This document shows positions 49,614-63,282 of a stretch of 64,000 nt of DNA, one piece after another. The DNA comes from Penicillus capitatus (lineage: Eukaryota > Plantae > Chlorophyta). The stretch lies in the NCBI GenBank assembly GCA_965649825.1, contig OZ287702.1:1292786-1356785 (forward strand). Direction: 5' to 3'. A model generated the notes under the pieces. It was not told the DNA's origin. It searched no databases and saw only the letters and a list, made by a program, of their open reading frames with translations. Within the stretch, counting starts at the first letter, position 1, and every line of letters begins with the position of its first letter. The position numbers and the translations under genes were made by a program.

Positions 49614-50579
49614 ATGAAACGGAAGCCTTACGTGTGGAACCCCGACGACTACGAAGAGAAAACCTCCTACGTTTATCAGCTGGCCGACGCACTCGTCGAA
49701 TTGCTGAATCCTACTCCTGGTGAACCAAACCGTCGCTGCGACTTCTCGGAGAGTTCTTTGCGCAGGAGAGCGCATTCTGGATCTCGGTTGCGGGACGGGA
49801 GAGCTGACTCTCGCCCTGCAGCAACGCGGCTGCGAGGTTGTTGGCGTAGACCTCAGTCCAGAGATGGTGGCGGCGGCAAGAGAGAAGGGCGTCGATGCGA
49901 GAGTGATGGACGGACACGCCATGACGTTCGAGGACGAGTTCGATGCTGTGTTCTCCAACGAAGCGCTGCATTGGATGTACAAAGATCCCGGCCGCGTCGT
50001 CGAAAGTGAGCAAGCACGCCCGGAATGACCACCTTGGCGACGATGTGACGATGGGGTGCAGATGTCGCGAGAGCGCTGAAGAAGGGAGGTAAATTCGTCG
50101 CCGAGTTCTGCGGAGAGGGAACCATTCAGCAGATTAGGAATGCGATGTCCTCTGTCCTGGCTCGTCGAGGAAAGGAACTGCCTGAAATTTGGTCTGGCAA
50201 CCTCAATGAGTGATTTCGAGGTTGAAGAGGCTTGTGTCTCGTGGCAGGTACTTTCCTGGGAAAGAGAGCTATGTGCAGCTGCTGGAATCGCATGGCTTTA
50301 AGGTCGAAGAGGCGATGCTTTTCGCGAGAGACACCCGTTGTCCTGCTGGAATTACAGGATGGCTTGAAGTCTTCGGAGGTTTTTTCTTCGAAGGACTGCC
50401 GAAATCCATGCACCAAGAGGTGTCGTCATCGTTGTCCTGAGAATGATTCTAGCGACAATCCTGTGTCTGTTTAGCTCATCAAGGAGACCGCAGTCGAAAT
50501 GGAGCCTCTACATGTCGATGAAAACGGCGTTTACCTCGTCGACTACAAGAGGTTGAGGATCCATGCCGTGAAAACGTGA
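49614..50579 (+). CDS. Class I SAM-dependent methyltransferase (bacterial Tam-like family), about 5 exons
   Basis: WNPDDY, ERILDLGCGTGELT, VVGVDLSPEM, FDAVFSNEALHW, GGKFVAEF, WYFP..Y..LLE..GF, DYKRLRIHA after removal of short GT-AG introns. Confidence 0.9.
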
Positions 50580-50836
50580 GAAATGGCCCAAGAAGTACAT
50601 TGACTGCCGGATCGGCGAGCTGGCGTCTTCGACTTGGTTGCTGGCTGGTTGATGAGCAGTGTGACGGTGACGACTTTCTTCCTGACGTGACATGTCTCCG
50701 ACGACCTGGTATCAGCTCTATTGACTGATCCATGAAGGTGACGTGAAATTAAAGTCTTCAGTGGATGGTCTTCACTCTGGTTTTTTACTACGTAACCTGC
50801 CTGCTTTTTGTTTGCTCCCAATGAACGAATCGACTT

Positions 50837-51987
50837 TCATCATCATTAAGCATTGTCATCATCATCATTTAATAAGGTTTATTGTGGCAGTGCATAATGC
50901 ACATCAGCCACATGAACAAGGACAACACGCTGTAACGTCTCGTTTTAATACGCGGATCATATCCTTGGTGCCCAAATCGGTCTGCTCAGTTGTCAAAGAG
51001 ACCAGACTACCCCGAGTGGGCGATCCTTGACAGCCTGGCGAGTGCATCTGGCTCAGTGGGAGGCTATGGCCATGGGTTCGATGGCGTAGCAGCGCGGCAC
51101 TTTGTTCGTCTGGTCGTCTCGACATGCATCCACGACTTTTGTTTTACGCTCGGCGACCAGTTTGTCGCCGATCTGCTACTCGGTGAGGTAGACGGACGCT
51201 CCATACGACTGACAGAAGCGACATTCGGATCAAGCGGCCGGCAAGGTTGGGATGTTTCAGCAAACAAGGTCGTGTTGTTCGGTATATGGCGATGAAGCCA
51301 CGGAATCTTCAGGGCGGCTGTTGCGAAACTCGCCAGACAGTTAATGCTCGACATGGCTGTAGGACGTACAACAAATCTGGAGCTCGATGAATGATAATTC
51401 CTTGAAACGTTGCGGCACGGGAGCGTTTGGATATGTTGGCCGCCGCACTTCATGAGGATATGATTTCTGAACTCACGGGTATCCAGTTACTTCCAGTGGT
51501 CGTGGCTGCAGATCTGATGAACGGAAGGAAGTCGAGATCTTTCAAGATGCGTGCGTCTTTTTGCCTTGTGGGCAGGCTGGGAGAAATGGGTGGGTGAGGT
51601 CTTGGTCAGAAACTCTGATGACACAGCGGCGATCGTTCACACAGTTCTGCAACCGAGATAGCAAGCACAGCGGGACTTCTAGTCTCCCAACCTTCGATGG
51701 TAGCATGGAGCCATCGATCGTGTCAAAAGCCGGCGACAGATCTACAGAGGCTGCCAGCATGTCTTGTCCTCGAATCGAAGAATGATTTACCTCTGTCGAT
51801 GAGGCTGGCCACTGCTGTCTCGCATGGCTCTCGTTTTCCGAAAACCGAACTGCTTGTCGGATAGGACCTTGTTTGACTCTGACCAATGTGCTGGGAGATC
51901 CGCGATGATTCTCAAACTGTTTTTTATGACACACAGCAACCCCTCCTGTAGGAGAGGGGACGGTGAACAATATGTCAAGCCATCCAT
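50837..51987 (-). mobile_element. Degenerate 5'-truncated non-LTR (LINE) retrotransposon remnant
   Basis: Frameshifted RT motifs VLSDKQFGFRK, CETAVASLID, VDLSPAFDTID, RRCVIRV..CPQG; downstream AATAAA (plus-strand 50878-50883) followed by (TGA)n tracts resembling a LINE tail; YADD motif not found. Confidence 0.8.
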
Positions 51988-52339
51988 CGATGGTGATTCA
52001 CCTTCAGCGCCTCGAGACCTTCGTCCAACACCCCATCACCGTGTTGTTCGGCAGAGGCGACGTCTCTTTTTCTTTAGCGCCGGAAGGATCCGACATCGAG
52101 AGAAGGACGAAGTGCGGCGCACGGAACGGGTTGAAGAATTCCGTATCCTTTGGTTCGATGTACGACAGCTATCCTGGAAATGTCGCGTCAGGCAGATGAC
52201 TACAGATGACTCGTGCGATTGAGAAATCTCTCGCACCGCGAGCAAACATTAAAACGCATCATCTTCCCGTCGTACAGTCGGAGGTCGTACGTCCAGGTCG
52301 TCGTTTTCGACTTCGAAAACCCGTCGGCAATCGAACAGG

Positions 52340-52612
52340 ATGGCCACGTTGCAGGACCGCTTCAACATCAACAGTCAGTTGGAGCATCTCCAGTCGAAGT
52401 ACGTCGGCACCGGTCACGCAGACCTGCCACGTTATGAGTGGGTGGTCAACGTCCACCGAGACAGCTTTGCATCGTACATCGGACACCATGGACCACTGTG
52501 TTACTTCGCCGTTGCCGAGAACGAGTCCATCGGAAGAACGCGATACCATCTGATGCAGAGAATGCTGCAGCCGTGCGGGATCCCTCCCGAGAAGAAGGAC
52601 GACGAACTGTGA
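52340..52612 (+). CDS. SF3B5: Splicing factor 3B subunit 5 (SF3b10), single exon
   Basis: DRFNINSQLEHLQSKYVGTGHAD..HRDSFASYIGH..AENESIGR..MLQPCGIPP. Confidence 0.97.
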   Translation: MATLQDRFNINSQLEHLQSKYVGTGHADLPRYEWVVNVHRDSFASYIGHHGPLCYFAVAENESIGRTRYHLMQRMLQPCGIPPEKKDDEL

Positions 52613-52959
52613 ACGCCCCCCCCCGCCGTTTATCGCATCCCGTACCCTTGTGCAAGAGAGATGAGACGTCGTTTCGGAGGATCATAGTATCAAAGTTACA
52701 TTTTAGAAGAACCAAGTTTTTATTCCACACCAAAACGGAGGGCTGTCGAAAGAAAACCAGAGCTTCGAGGCACCATTGGGTTTGATACAATTGATATTGG
52801 CAATGATGAAGTCGTCGAAGCCCATAGACCTAAATCCCTGTAAAGAAATCCCGCGAAACAGTACTTCCTGTCGTTGCGCATTGCGCGTGCGATTGTTAGG
52901 CCCACTGCCATCGTCAGCTGTACACGCATGCCGCTCGCGTGCGCGTGTGCCGATTGCCA

Positions 52960-54039
52960 TCACTGCCAATGACCGTCCGGGACAAAATCTGTCGTCGCCT
53001 GTTGTACGCGGTACTGCAGATCCACTTCGCTCTGCAGATAGCTGCTGCATTCTTCGATGTATTCGGGGGAGCACGTGAGGTCGTTGTACAGTCTGGCCTG
53101 GGTCTCGGGGAGGTTGACGTTGAACCACGGGTCGTCCCAGATTCCGTCCATGTCGATCCGGCAGCAGGGATTCGTGTGCAGAATCCTCTGCAAGAAGGCC
53201 CGGCACTCGGGCGAGAGTCGATAGGGGTACGCCTCGAACTGCAGATCCGGCTCATCGTCCGTCTCCATCAGGTTTGTCAGCTGTCGGAGGATCGACGCCG
53301 AGTCGTCCGTGAGCTGCTGCACCAGAGGCCACGCCGTCAGTCCAAGCAGCATCTTGAACAGACACACGCCGCAGGCGTAGATGTCTCCCTTCACGGCGAA
53401 CTCGAACGAATTGCGTCGATTGTGGATCATGGACTCGGGTGCCATGTAGCCGCGTTTCCCCACGTAGGACCGCTCCCCGTTCTTCTCCAGCGACAGCTTG
53501 GAGCGCGAAAAGCCCAAATCGCACAGTATGATGTTCCAGCCCTGCGCCGAATGCTGCCCCGTGATGAGGATGTTGTCCAATGCGATGTCTCGGTTGGCGA
53601 CATTGCGCCGGTGCGAATAGTCCACCGCCAGGATGAGTTGCTGAAAGGCCCAGCGAGCTTCGTCCTCTGTAAGCGGCCCATTGCGCAGAAACTCTGCCAG
53701 TGTGCCTCCTTCTTCGTAGTTGAACGCAATCAGCAGAAAGTTTCGCGTGAGGCGGACTTCACGGAAGCCGACGATGTGCTTGTGGCAGAGCTTTCTGTGA
53801 TTCAGAATCTCTCGCGTCACTCGGCGGCATTTCCTCGAATCGATCCTGAGGACGTCGCGCGGATAGCATTTCACGGCTATCGGCCCGACGATCGTGTCCG
53901 AGTACGGATTGATGCGGTGGTCGATGACTTGGTAGACACATGCCTGTCCTCCCTGTCCCAAGAGTGCGTCTTGTCCGGGCGGTATAGAAAACCACGGTGG
54001 AAAATCAAGAGGAGCGGAGTAAGCGATATCAGCATTCAT
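52960..54039 (-). CDS. SnRK2-like (algal CAMK-group) Ser/Thr kinase with divergent catalytic loop, single exon
   Basis: LGQGGQACV, AVKCYPR, REILNHRKLCHKHIVGFREV, EARWAFQQLILAVDYSH, ANRDIALDNIL, CDLG, GYMAPE, DIYACGVCLF. Confidence 0.88.
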   Translation of the reverse strand: MNADIAYSAPLDFPPWFSIPPGQDALLGQGGQACVYQVIDHRINPYSDTIVGPIAVKCYPRDVLRIDSRKCRRVTREILNHRKLCHKHIVGFREVRLTRNFLLIAFNYEEGGTLAEFLRNGPLTEDEARWAFQQLILAVDYSHRRNVANRDIALDNILITGQHSAQGWNIILCDLGFSRSKLSLEKNGERSYVGKRGYMAPESMIHNRRNSFEFAVKGDIYACGVCLFKMLLGLTAWPLVQQLTDDSASILRQLTNLMETDDEPDLQFEAYPYRLSPECRAFLQRILHTNPCCRIDMDGIWDDPWFNVNLPETQARLYNDLTCSPEYIEECSSYLQSEVDLQYRVQQATTDFVPDGHWQ

Positions 54040-54252
54040 GTCTGTCTATGTAACTCAAGCACGAGGAGAAAGGAACACGGAGGGGACAGAAGCGAAGGGC
54101 TTTAAACCGCAGACGGTAAGTGAACTGAAGTGAAGCGAAGCGAAGCTCGCACTGACGGCGGGAACGACGCGGCCAAAAGGTGCGGTCTACGCGGCTGGGA
54201 TTTGTGCTGGGAATGCCATTAACGGAGAGATGGATGCAAAATTTCCCGCGGC

Positions 54253-54858
54253 TCAGTCAACTTTGAGCTCATGCGTCATCTTCTTGACATCGGTCGGGTT
54301 ATTTTGCGAAGTCAAAACGTGAAGCAGCGTGCCTGTTGCGGAACCTACTGTGAAAGCGCCTGTGTCGCGTGCTGTCAGACATGACGCGTCATGTGCTTTG
54401 GCATTTTACCTGCGATGGTGTAGATGGAATGGTTCAGGATGAAAGGAGCAATGACTGCAGACAGCAACCCCAGAGCTGCAGAGAAACGATCGCAGCGATT
54501 CTGAGATGCGTTGTAGTGTAGACGATAAACACGATCTTCGAGACCTTCCCGGTCCATCCCCAAGAACTTGCTCAATCCCAATGCACCTAACACGTCGTCC
54601 GCCACGTATGTGTTACGTGCAATACGGGTAGGGAAATGGACCGGAGAGAGCTAAGCCGCCGGTCAGAGAGTAGCTCAGTGCTTCGGATGCGAGTCCGACA
54701 TCCAGAGGCTTTCCGGTGCGGTACCCTCGAAGTGCTAGAATCGGCAACACGATGCCGCAGCCGACTACGCTGCCAACTTGCGTCCCTTTCATACTTATAT
54801 GTTGAAAGAGACGAAGCGCCGCGTAACGACTCGGGTCAAAATCTTCGCCTGTTGCCAT
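54253..54858 (-). CDS. Small membrane protein, DUF1757-like, 3 exons
   Basis: EGLEDRVYRLHYNASQNRCDRF resembles the DUF1757 core from memory; hydrophobic segments; ends MTHELKVD-TGA after splicing. Confidence 0.65.
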
Positions 54859-54945
54859 TTTTCGCTTGAATATTCGAATTGCAAGGCTGACCGTTACGCG
54901 ATGTCACATCTCAAGCGTCATCCCATCAAAGCGGATGGGTACTGT

Positions 54946-56503
54946 TCATTCAAGGGATGTCGTGCCAATTTGTGACACCCGTGTGGACTTTAGTCGATAA
55001 AGAAGGATTTGTGGCTTCCAACCAGCTTCTTCCAGCTGAGTGAGAAAATCGCCGAACCGCATGTTCGTTTCTCGAAGGCTCTGATGAAAGGCATCGATCC
55101 CTGGAGTCCAATGATGCTGTGATTGCTGCTGAAGCCATAAGAATTGCCAAAGGGCTTTGAGACAGTGCTTTGCTCCGCCTCCTTGCTTGAGCACCACAAA
55201 CCCATGTCCCTCTTCAACAAACAGCAGATACTGCTCTTCTCTGTAAACGTCAATCCACGAACTAAATCTTGCATTATGTACAAGACGTTCGGAAACGTAT
55301 TTCAACGAGCTGCCGAATTCGATAGATGGTGTGGCCAACAACCAGTCCGTCAGAATCTGCTGTTTCTGTGCCATCGTTGCGGGATCGGTGAGCGGCTGTC
55401 CAGCGAGATGCAACTGAATGAGCATACTCGATCGGACGAGGCTAAGGGAATCGAACTGAAGACATCGAAGGGCGATGAAGCGACATACGACGTGGATGGA
55501 ATGGAAAATGGCCCAGGTGACCAGAACAGGTTCCCAGCCTGTCGCATCTTGTAAAGATGACAGAATAACAACGCTTGTCAGCAAGCCTGTAAACTGCCCG
55601 GCCACCTCCCATGACTCTTCCTTGGCTGACACCTCACCAATGTTGTTGTTTCGTGCAAAATGCTGCTGGATAACACGTAACGAAGGTTTCGCCATGCCCG
55701 TTGCCAAAGCCCTGGCGAAGTTTCCCGTTCCGGCCAACAAAAGAAACTGGGAGGGAAAGAAGACCGTTGCGATCTCCAGAGAGAGCCCGACAGTGACGAT
55801 GACATCAGCCGCCATTCTCCACTCGCGTGGGTGCTGATCGATGTAGAGTCCCAAACGGCCGCCTACGAACAGACGGCCCAATGCTCCTACTCCGTCCTTC
55901 GTGATCCACTTGATCGATGCGGCGACAGCTGTTGCCGGAACCGCACTGGATCCCACACCGACAGCCCGGAGCATACTGCTGGTGGCCAGGGAAGTGCTCA
56001 CCCATCCCTAAACACATCTTCTCGTGACGATCGCGACCACGTATGTATGCCGTTCACACGGTGATATGAGTGGGCAGTGTCCACAGTTGATAGGGCAGAT
56101 AGTCAGCTGACACAGACTTTGGAAATTCCGTAGGGATAAAGAGTCCTAAAGATGCGCATCCTAACCCTGGCTGTTGGTGATGTTGCCTACCTGCCTGTTA
56201 TGGCGTCGGACAGGCGGAGCGTTTGATTCTGTAGACGGGATTTTCCGCTGTGTTTGACTCTCCAGTGACCATTGGCATCAAACAGGAGTGTCTCTGAGCC
56301 AGTTTCGACCAGGACCACCTCGTTCTGCAGAGGTTCCTGTCCAATACTTGAGATCGCACGACCAATTGTCTTACCTTTTCCGCCATCGGTCGTGCGTTGT
56401 CCGACGGCGACCGACCATTGCGGCATCGCGGCTTCCTCAGCACGTATCTTCTCTTCAGAAAGACTGTCTGTCTTGGACATGGGACCGTTCTCGAGACGTA
56501 CAT
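54946..56503 (-). CDS. RUS: Root UVB sensitive (DUF647) family protein, RUS5-like, with probable transit peptide
   Basis: SVSADYLPYQLW, KWITKDGVGALGRL, PREWRMAAD, HFARNNNIGEVSAKEESWEV. Confidence 0.9.
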
Positions 56504-58166
56504 GAGGATGACGGACGGTACGGGCACCGTTCCCTGTTCTCTGCGATGCTTCCTTCCACCCGTGTTCGATTAAACGCCTGGGTGACCGGAGCGATCTTCG
56601 CCGGCGTCGCCTACGTACACACACAAGTACACCCACGAAGTGTTCTCCCTGTCTCTTAGTTCCCCTCTTCGCCAGAGAACCCTTCTGCAGTCGACATCAC
56701 GCGTCGTCGACGCTTTCCCCGCTTCTCGAGTCATCCCTGACCCTCCTCCTCAAGTCTGCCTGCCCACAAGAGACCAGAGATGATGCTTGGCTGTAGGTCA
56801 GGGATCCCTTGTTTGGACCTGCGTTTCGGGCGGCGTGCATCAAACAGTGGAACCAGGTAAAGGGTCGGAATTTAAAATGGAATGTATGATGTAGCCATAT
56901 CGTCCATGAATGTGTACGAAATACATCGAGAGGGCGGCAGGAGTCGCAGATCCATCACCGCCCTCACTCAATCGGAGAAAACAAAAAAAAGAGAGAAGAC
57001 ACGAGTGTTTGGCGTAGGGGATTGATTTTGTATTCGGTGGAATGGCACACGCACTGGCAAACCGTGGACTATAATGGCCATCGAAAAATCCGCCCGCAAC
57101 GTTGAATATCTCTCTGCGATGCATGAATGTCAAATCGACAATGGTCTTCCCACCCGTTGCGATTGTGACTGTCGCAAGGGACAAGGAAGCTAAAAAATAT
57201 CAGACGCCAATCATTTGCCTTTCTCTTGTTGTACATCGGATGCGATTTAAAAAAGGCGCCTTATCGGAACTGGATGTGTTCTGTCCGGTCTTGTAACGGA
57301 ACGAAAGTCTTATTCTGCGAGATACAACGCATGTCCATGCAACGCCCTGCGCGTCAAGGACATGCTTCGAGAGATCTGTACGACGGATGATTCACCGCAA
57401 TGCGACATCATGAGCAGAGAGAAGTGGTCCGATGATCGTACCTGTTTGAATTGCGGCCGCCATGTGTGATCTTTCTTGGGCCTCTGTGTGAGGAGCGCCA
57501 CCAGAAATGATCCCAGATCGAGTTCAACAGCCTCCACGATGCTTCTGTTGTTGTCTGGGGCGAGTAACGGGGAATGGCGACTTTCGGCGTCAGCGAGTAG
57601 GCCAGGAGTCTTCTCAAGGATATCGAATCCATGGATTCCGGCTCTTGCGGGTACGGGGATGACGTCTGTACGACTACATGTCACACATGTCTCAGTAAAT
57701 CACACATTACACTCTCTTTTAGCGCTTAAAAAAGTGGAAGAGTCAACAATAAGCACGTATGAATTCCAATACTGAATTCCTGGGAACCTAACTGTCTTTG
57801 GAATTTAACATCTCTCCTCGCGACCCCAGTTTCTCAACTTATTTGAATAAAAACGGATACCGTCATTTCAAACCAATCCATCCAGAAGCTACTTGAAGAA
57901 GAGAGGGGAAGGTTATTTAACAGGTGTGGCAGCAGTGGTCGTCATTATTTTCTAAGAATCGATCCTAACACGTAGAAGAAAAGAGAGTCAACAAAAAACG
58001 ATCGACGAAACCCAGTCTGCCATAGAGGGGAATCTATCAGTAACGCCACGCGTTGAGCTTTGTCGCCACAATTATAACAAATCGGTATCAGCATGTTCAC
58101 GATTACAACTTTCTTTGAATATGAGAAGAAAGACAGGAATCAAATGGATAGATAGAGTGAGAACGC

Positions 58167-59815
<1,649 letters not shown>

Positions 59816-60173
59816 TTATGGTGCCTCTGAGGAGTGTCCACGGGTCGATGGATGATTTGTCGACTCACTGAGCTTTATCTTTTTTAGAACCGTTGAATCA
59901 GAAGAAACTAGACGAACAGCGTCGTTAAGAAATCCATCGGTACGGGTCAATCACCACGAAACGCGTCTGTCTGTGAACGCTTTGCGAATGAAACTGTCTC
60001 GAGTTGTTGAGCAAGATTCACTCGATGCTCTGCAGTACGTGCTATTTGCAAAACTCTAATGCGTCGTGGAGATTCCTCGCAGTTGGTGCGCGCGTTGGAC
60101 TCACAAATAACATCTATTGCACTAATGCCGGCATTTCGTCAAGAGATTTCTTCCGTTCCGCAGACATACATAC

Positions 60174-60428
60174 ATGTCTCCTCCACGTGGCGCGCCGCAT
60201 TATCTGAAGGAAGTATGGAGTCCGATGGGTGGCTGGTACTGTGACCCAGTCTACTGGAGACGTAATACGGTCATCGGTCTCTGTGCCTGCTTTGCGATAA
60301 CCATACCAATGTTCTTCTACTCTGCCAAACTCGAAGAACGTCCAAACTATCCGCGACGTTGGATCCCTTCCCTACTCTGGTGCAAGAACTTCCCAGATCC
60401 TCCCTCAGGTGTGTTCTCACACAAATGA
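60174..60428 (+). CDS. Mitochondrial complex I accessory subunit, plant At4g00585/KFYI(NDUFC1)-like, single exon
   Basis: KEVWSPMGGWYCDPVYWRRNT..SAKLEERP..IPSLLWCKNF closely follows the plant KVWSxxGG..WRRNT..KLEQRP..IPSQIWCKNF pattern. Confidence 0.85.
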   Translation: MSPPRGAPHYLKEVWSPMGGWYCDPVYWRRNTVIGLCACFAITIPMFFYSAKLEERPNYPRRWIPSLLWCKNFPDPPSGVFSHK

Positions 60429-60574
60429 GATTCGGTTAAGCGTGACGCGTTGGTGATGAGATTAGGAACCTCCTCCTGAGATGATGAGAAGTGACGCTGG
60501 CTGGCTGTCCAGCAGCTGATGAAACACGGTTTCAGTGTGTGCTAAGAGATGGTATCTTAAATGGGTTCGATCTG

Positions 60575-61311
60575 TCAAGTAATGGGTTTCTTTCTGAAAT
60601 CTCTCCTCATGTCGTATGCGTCTTCCCCGTCTGCGTAGTACTTTGCCTCCACATCATGAATCCTATTCACCATCACAAGAGAATGTCATCCATTGCAGAT
60701 CTAGAGTGGGTTGGGACTCGTAGCCGAGGGTCTCTGTGTAGAGATGATAGGCTGCTTTGTTGGTGACACGGACATGGAGAGAAGAGTATTCGGCATCAAA
60801 CACTTGGGCCATGGCACGATCTGAACGAACGAACATGTCCGCTGTTCTACTAAGAGAGATGAAAAGACATACGTGCAGCGTTCATCAGCTTGGTCGCCAG
60901 TCCCAATTTACGGTGGGAACGCGCAACAGCGAGGGAGGTGATATGACCATGCACTTCACTCGAGTCCTCTTCCCTGAAGGAAAATGAGAAAATGTGTGAG
61001 ATATCATCGAAGGCTGTACATTTTTGCCAAAACATAACCAACGATCTTCCCATCATAGTCTTCCGCCACGTAGAGCAGCTGGGGCCAGGACAGGATATGG
61101 TAGAAATAGTACTGCACAGCCAACAATGACATTCTCACACAACACCGCCCATGCGAGTGACAGAAGAAACCTTCAGGAGATAGTTCTCGGGCAAACTGAC
61201 AACAGCAGGTCATTTCAGAACGGCGCTCTAGTAGACATAGAGTTACCAAAGGAGGTTGCAGCGTTGAATGGCGAGTAGGTCTGCAAGCGTTGCTGGTCGA
61301 ATCGACACCAT
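60575..61311 (-). CDS. NAA10: N-terminal acetyltransferase A catalytic subunit (ARD1), multi-exon
   Basis: [64 protein letters not shown]. Confidence 0.97.
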
Positions 61312-61536
61312 CTCTCCTCGACCTCAACCAACGCGACAGAAGGTGTACGATTGACCGTAGACGATGTTGCGACGACAACTGCTCCGAGTGCTCGATGCGT
61401 GGACAACGTGGAGAGGGGCCATTCGATTAACGTCGTCGCCGTCGTTGAAAGGCTCCGTCTCGACAACAAACCTTCAGGTGCGGGGGCAGGATTGGAATCG
61501 CTTTCGGAAAAACGCTGATCTGGTTGGCAGCGATGG

Positions 61537-63076
61537 ATGGCTCTCACGTGTCGCGCATCGAATGCGCGGGGTCTATTCTTCGGCGAAGTGACAGAAGCAA
61601 ACAAGTCGTTGTTTCGACGAGTGCCATTTCCAGGGAGAGGCAGATCCGTCTTCTCTCCTGGAATGTCCTGCCAAAGACCATACGTCTCACACCTTTGAAG
61701 ACGTCATCGAATGACGGTGACTGTTTTGTGCAGAGTTATGTCCCGTTGTTGCCGGATGGGATCTCTCCTCGACTGGCATCCGGTCTCGTCGCTTGGTTCG
61801 GTGCCAGCACATTCGGCGTGGCGACGTTGATCATACTGGGCGGCGTCACACGTCTCACGCGTTCGGGCTTGTCCATGACAGACTGGAAATTCACAGGTTG
61901 GGCGACCGACGTTTGGCCGCATCTCTCGATCGATCGTCGCCCGAATGGAACAGGCGAACGTCCACCGCTGACGGCATCGGACTGGGAGACGGAGTTCGAA
62001 AAATACAGACAGAGTCCAGAGTTTCACAAAGTCAATCGAAGCATCTCGTTAGAGGAATTCAAGTTCATCTACTGGATGGAGTACGCTCACCGAATGTGGG
62101 GCAGATGTCTCGGAGCGATCTTCGGTACGTTCCGTGCACGAGACGTTGCCGAATTGCCTTCCAGGGCTACCCGCACTCTACTTCGCGGCGAAGAGAGCCA
62201 TCACTCCTGTACTGGGGCAACGCATCGCCCTGCTGCTCATGATGGGAGGCGCACAGGGCCTCGTGGGCTGGTGGATGGTGAAGAGTGGACTGGAAGAGCC
62301 TCGGAACGAAACGGCTGTTCCTCGAGTGAGCCCCTACCGTCTGGCGGCGCATCTCACATCCGCCTTCGCGATCTACTCCTTTCTCCTGTGGACGACGCTC
62401 TCCTTGCGCACTCCCCGTCCTCTCCTCCGATCTGCCTCTCTCGTCATCCAACGCGGTACGGCATCGGTGGGAGAAGCCTTCTGTCTGCGAGACGCGTCCA
62501 GAGAGCCGACCACTGAGATCGTGGCTGATGCCTTTGGGAGGACTGGTTGGCATCACGGCGATCTCGGGAGCGTTTGTCGCGGGCAACGACGCGGGAAGGA
62601 GCTACAACACGTTTCCAAAGATGGGCGTGGACTGGATCCCCGAAGAGTACTTCGCTCGGAGGGTCTTCTCCAGAGAGCATCTCTTTGAGAACACAGCCTC
62701 CGTTCAGCTGCACCACAGGTCCGCGACCGAATGCCGCCCAGACGCAGATATCGCGTCCTTCGCACCAGGGTGTTGGCTCTGGCAACCGGCGCTAGCAGTG
62801 TGGCTCTCTTTCTCAAATCGCGCAGCATGGAGCTGCATCCCATTTCAAGACAGTACCTCATAGGTGCCACTCCCTGTACGATGCCCATCTGAGAGGTGGA
62901 TGGCCGCAGAGCTGTTCGGCGCCGTTCTGGTCCAAGGCACCCTCGGAATCTTCACGCTGCTCAACCACGTACCCACCTGGTTGGGTTCGGCTCACCAGGC
63001 GGGAGCACTGATTGTCCTTTCTCTCGTTATGGGTGCGGCACACTCCTGCCGAGACGCGACAACCTTCGCGGTGTAG
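61537..63076 (+). CDS. COX15: Heme A synthase COX15, multi-exon
   Basis: LGGVTRLTRSGLSMTDWK, EFKFIYWMEYAHRMWGR, GLVGWWMVKSGL, VSPYRLAAHL, SGAFVAGNDAG, VQLHHR, GSAHQAG. Confidence 0.96.
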
Positions 63077-63282
63077 GTTCCCTTCACACTCTTCGCCCAG
63101 CGCAGCCATCGCCTATCGGCGGGATAATAGCCAGAGTGGGCCCCGGGCTTACAGCATTGGCGATCTTAGGAATTGGAATTCGGGTTGCGTTAATGAATGA
63201 ATCAAGCAGGTGAAGTCTGTCGGCGGTTGAAGATCTTTCGACTAGAAACGGGGCAACAGAAAACAGTATCCCGAAAACTGCA

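Noticed and set aside
52939-54105. 388-aa antisense ORF over the SnRK2-like kinase
   Set aside because: No motifs; explained as a shadow ORF of a GC-rich coding strand.
54115-54150. Short (GAAGC/GAAGT) and (GAAC)n repeats near gene starts (also about 7310 and 58355) as regulatory motifs
   Set aside because: Only 3-4 units, and one instance lies inside an intron; indistinguishable from ordinary microsatellite slippage.
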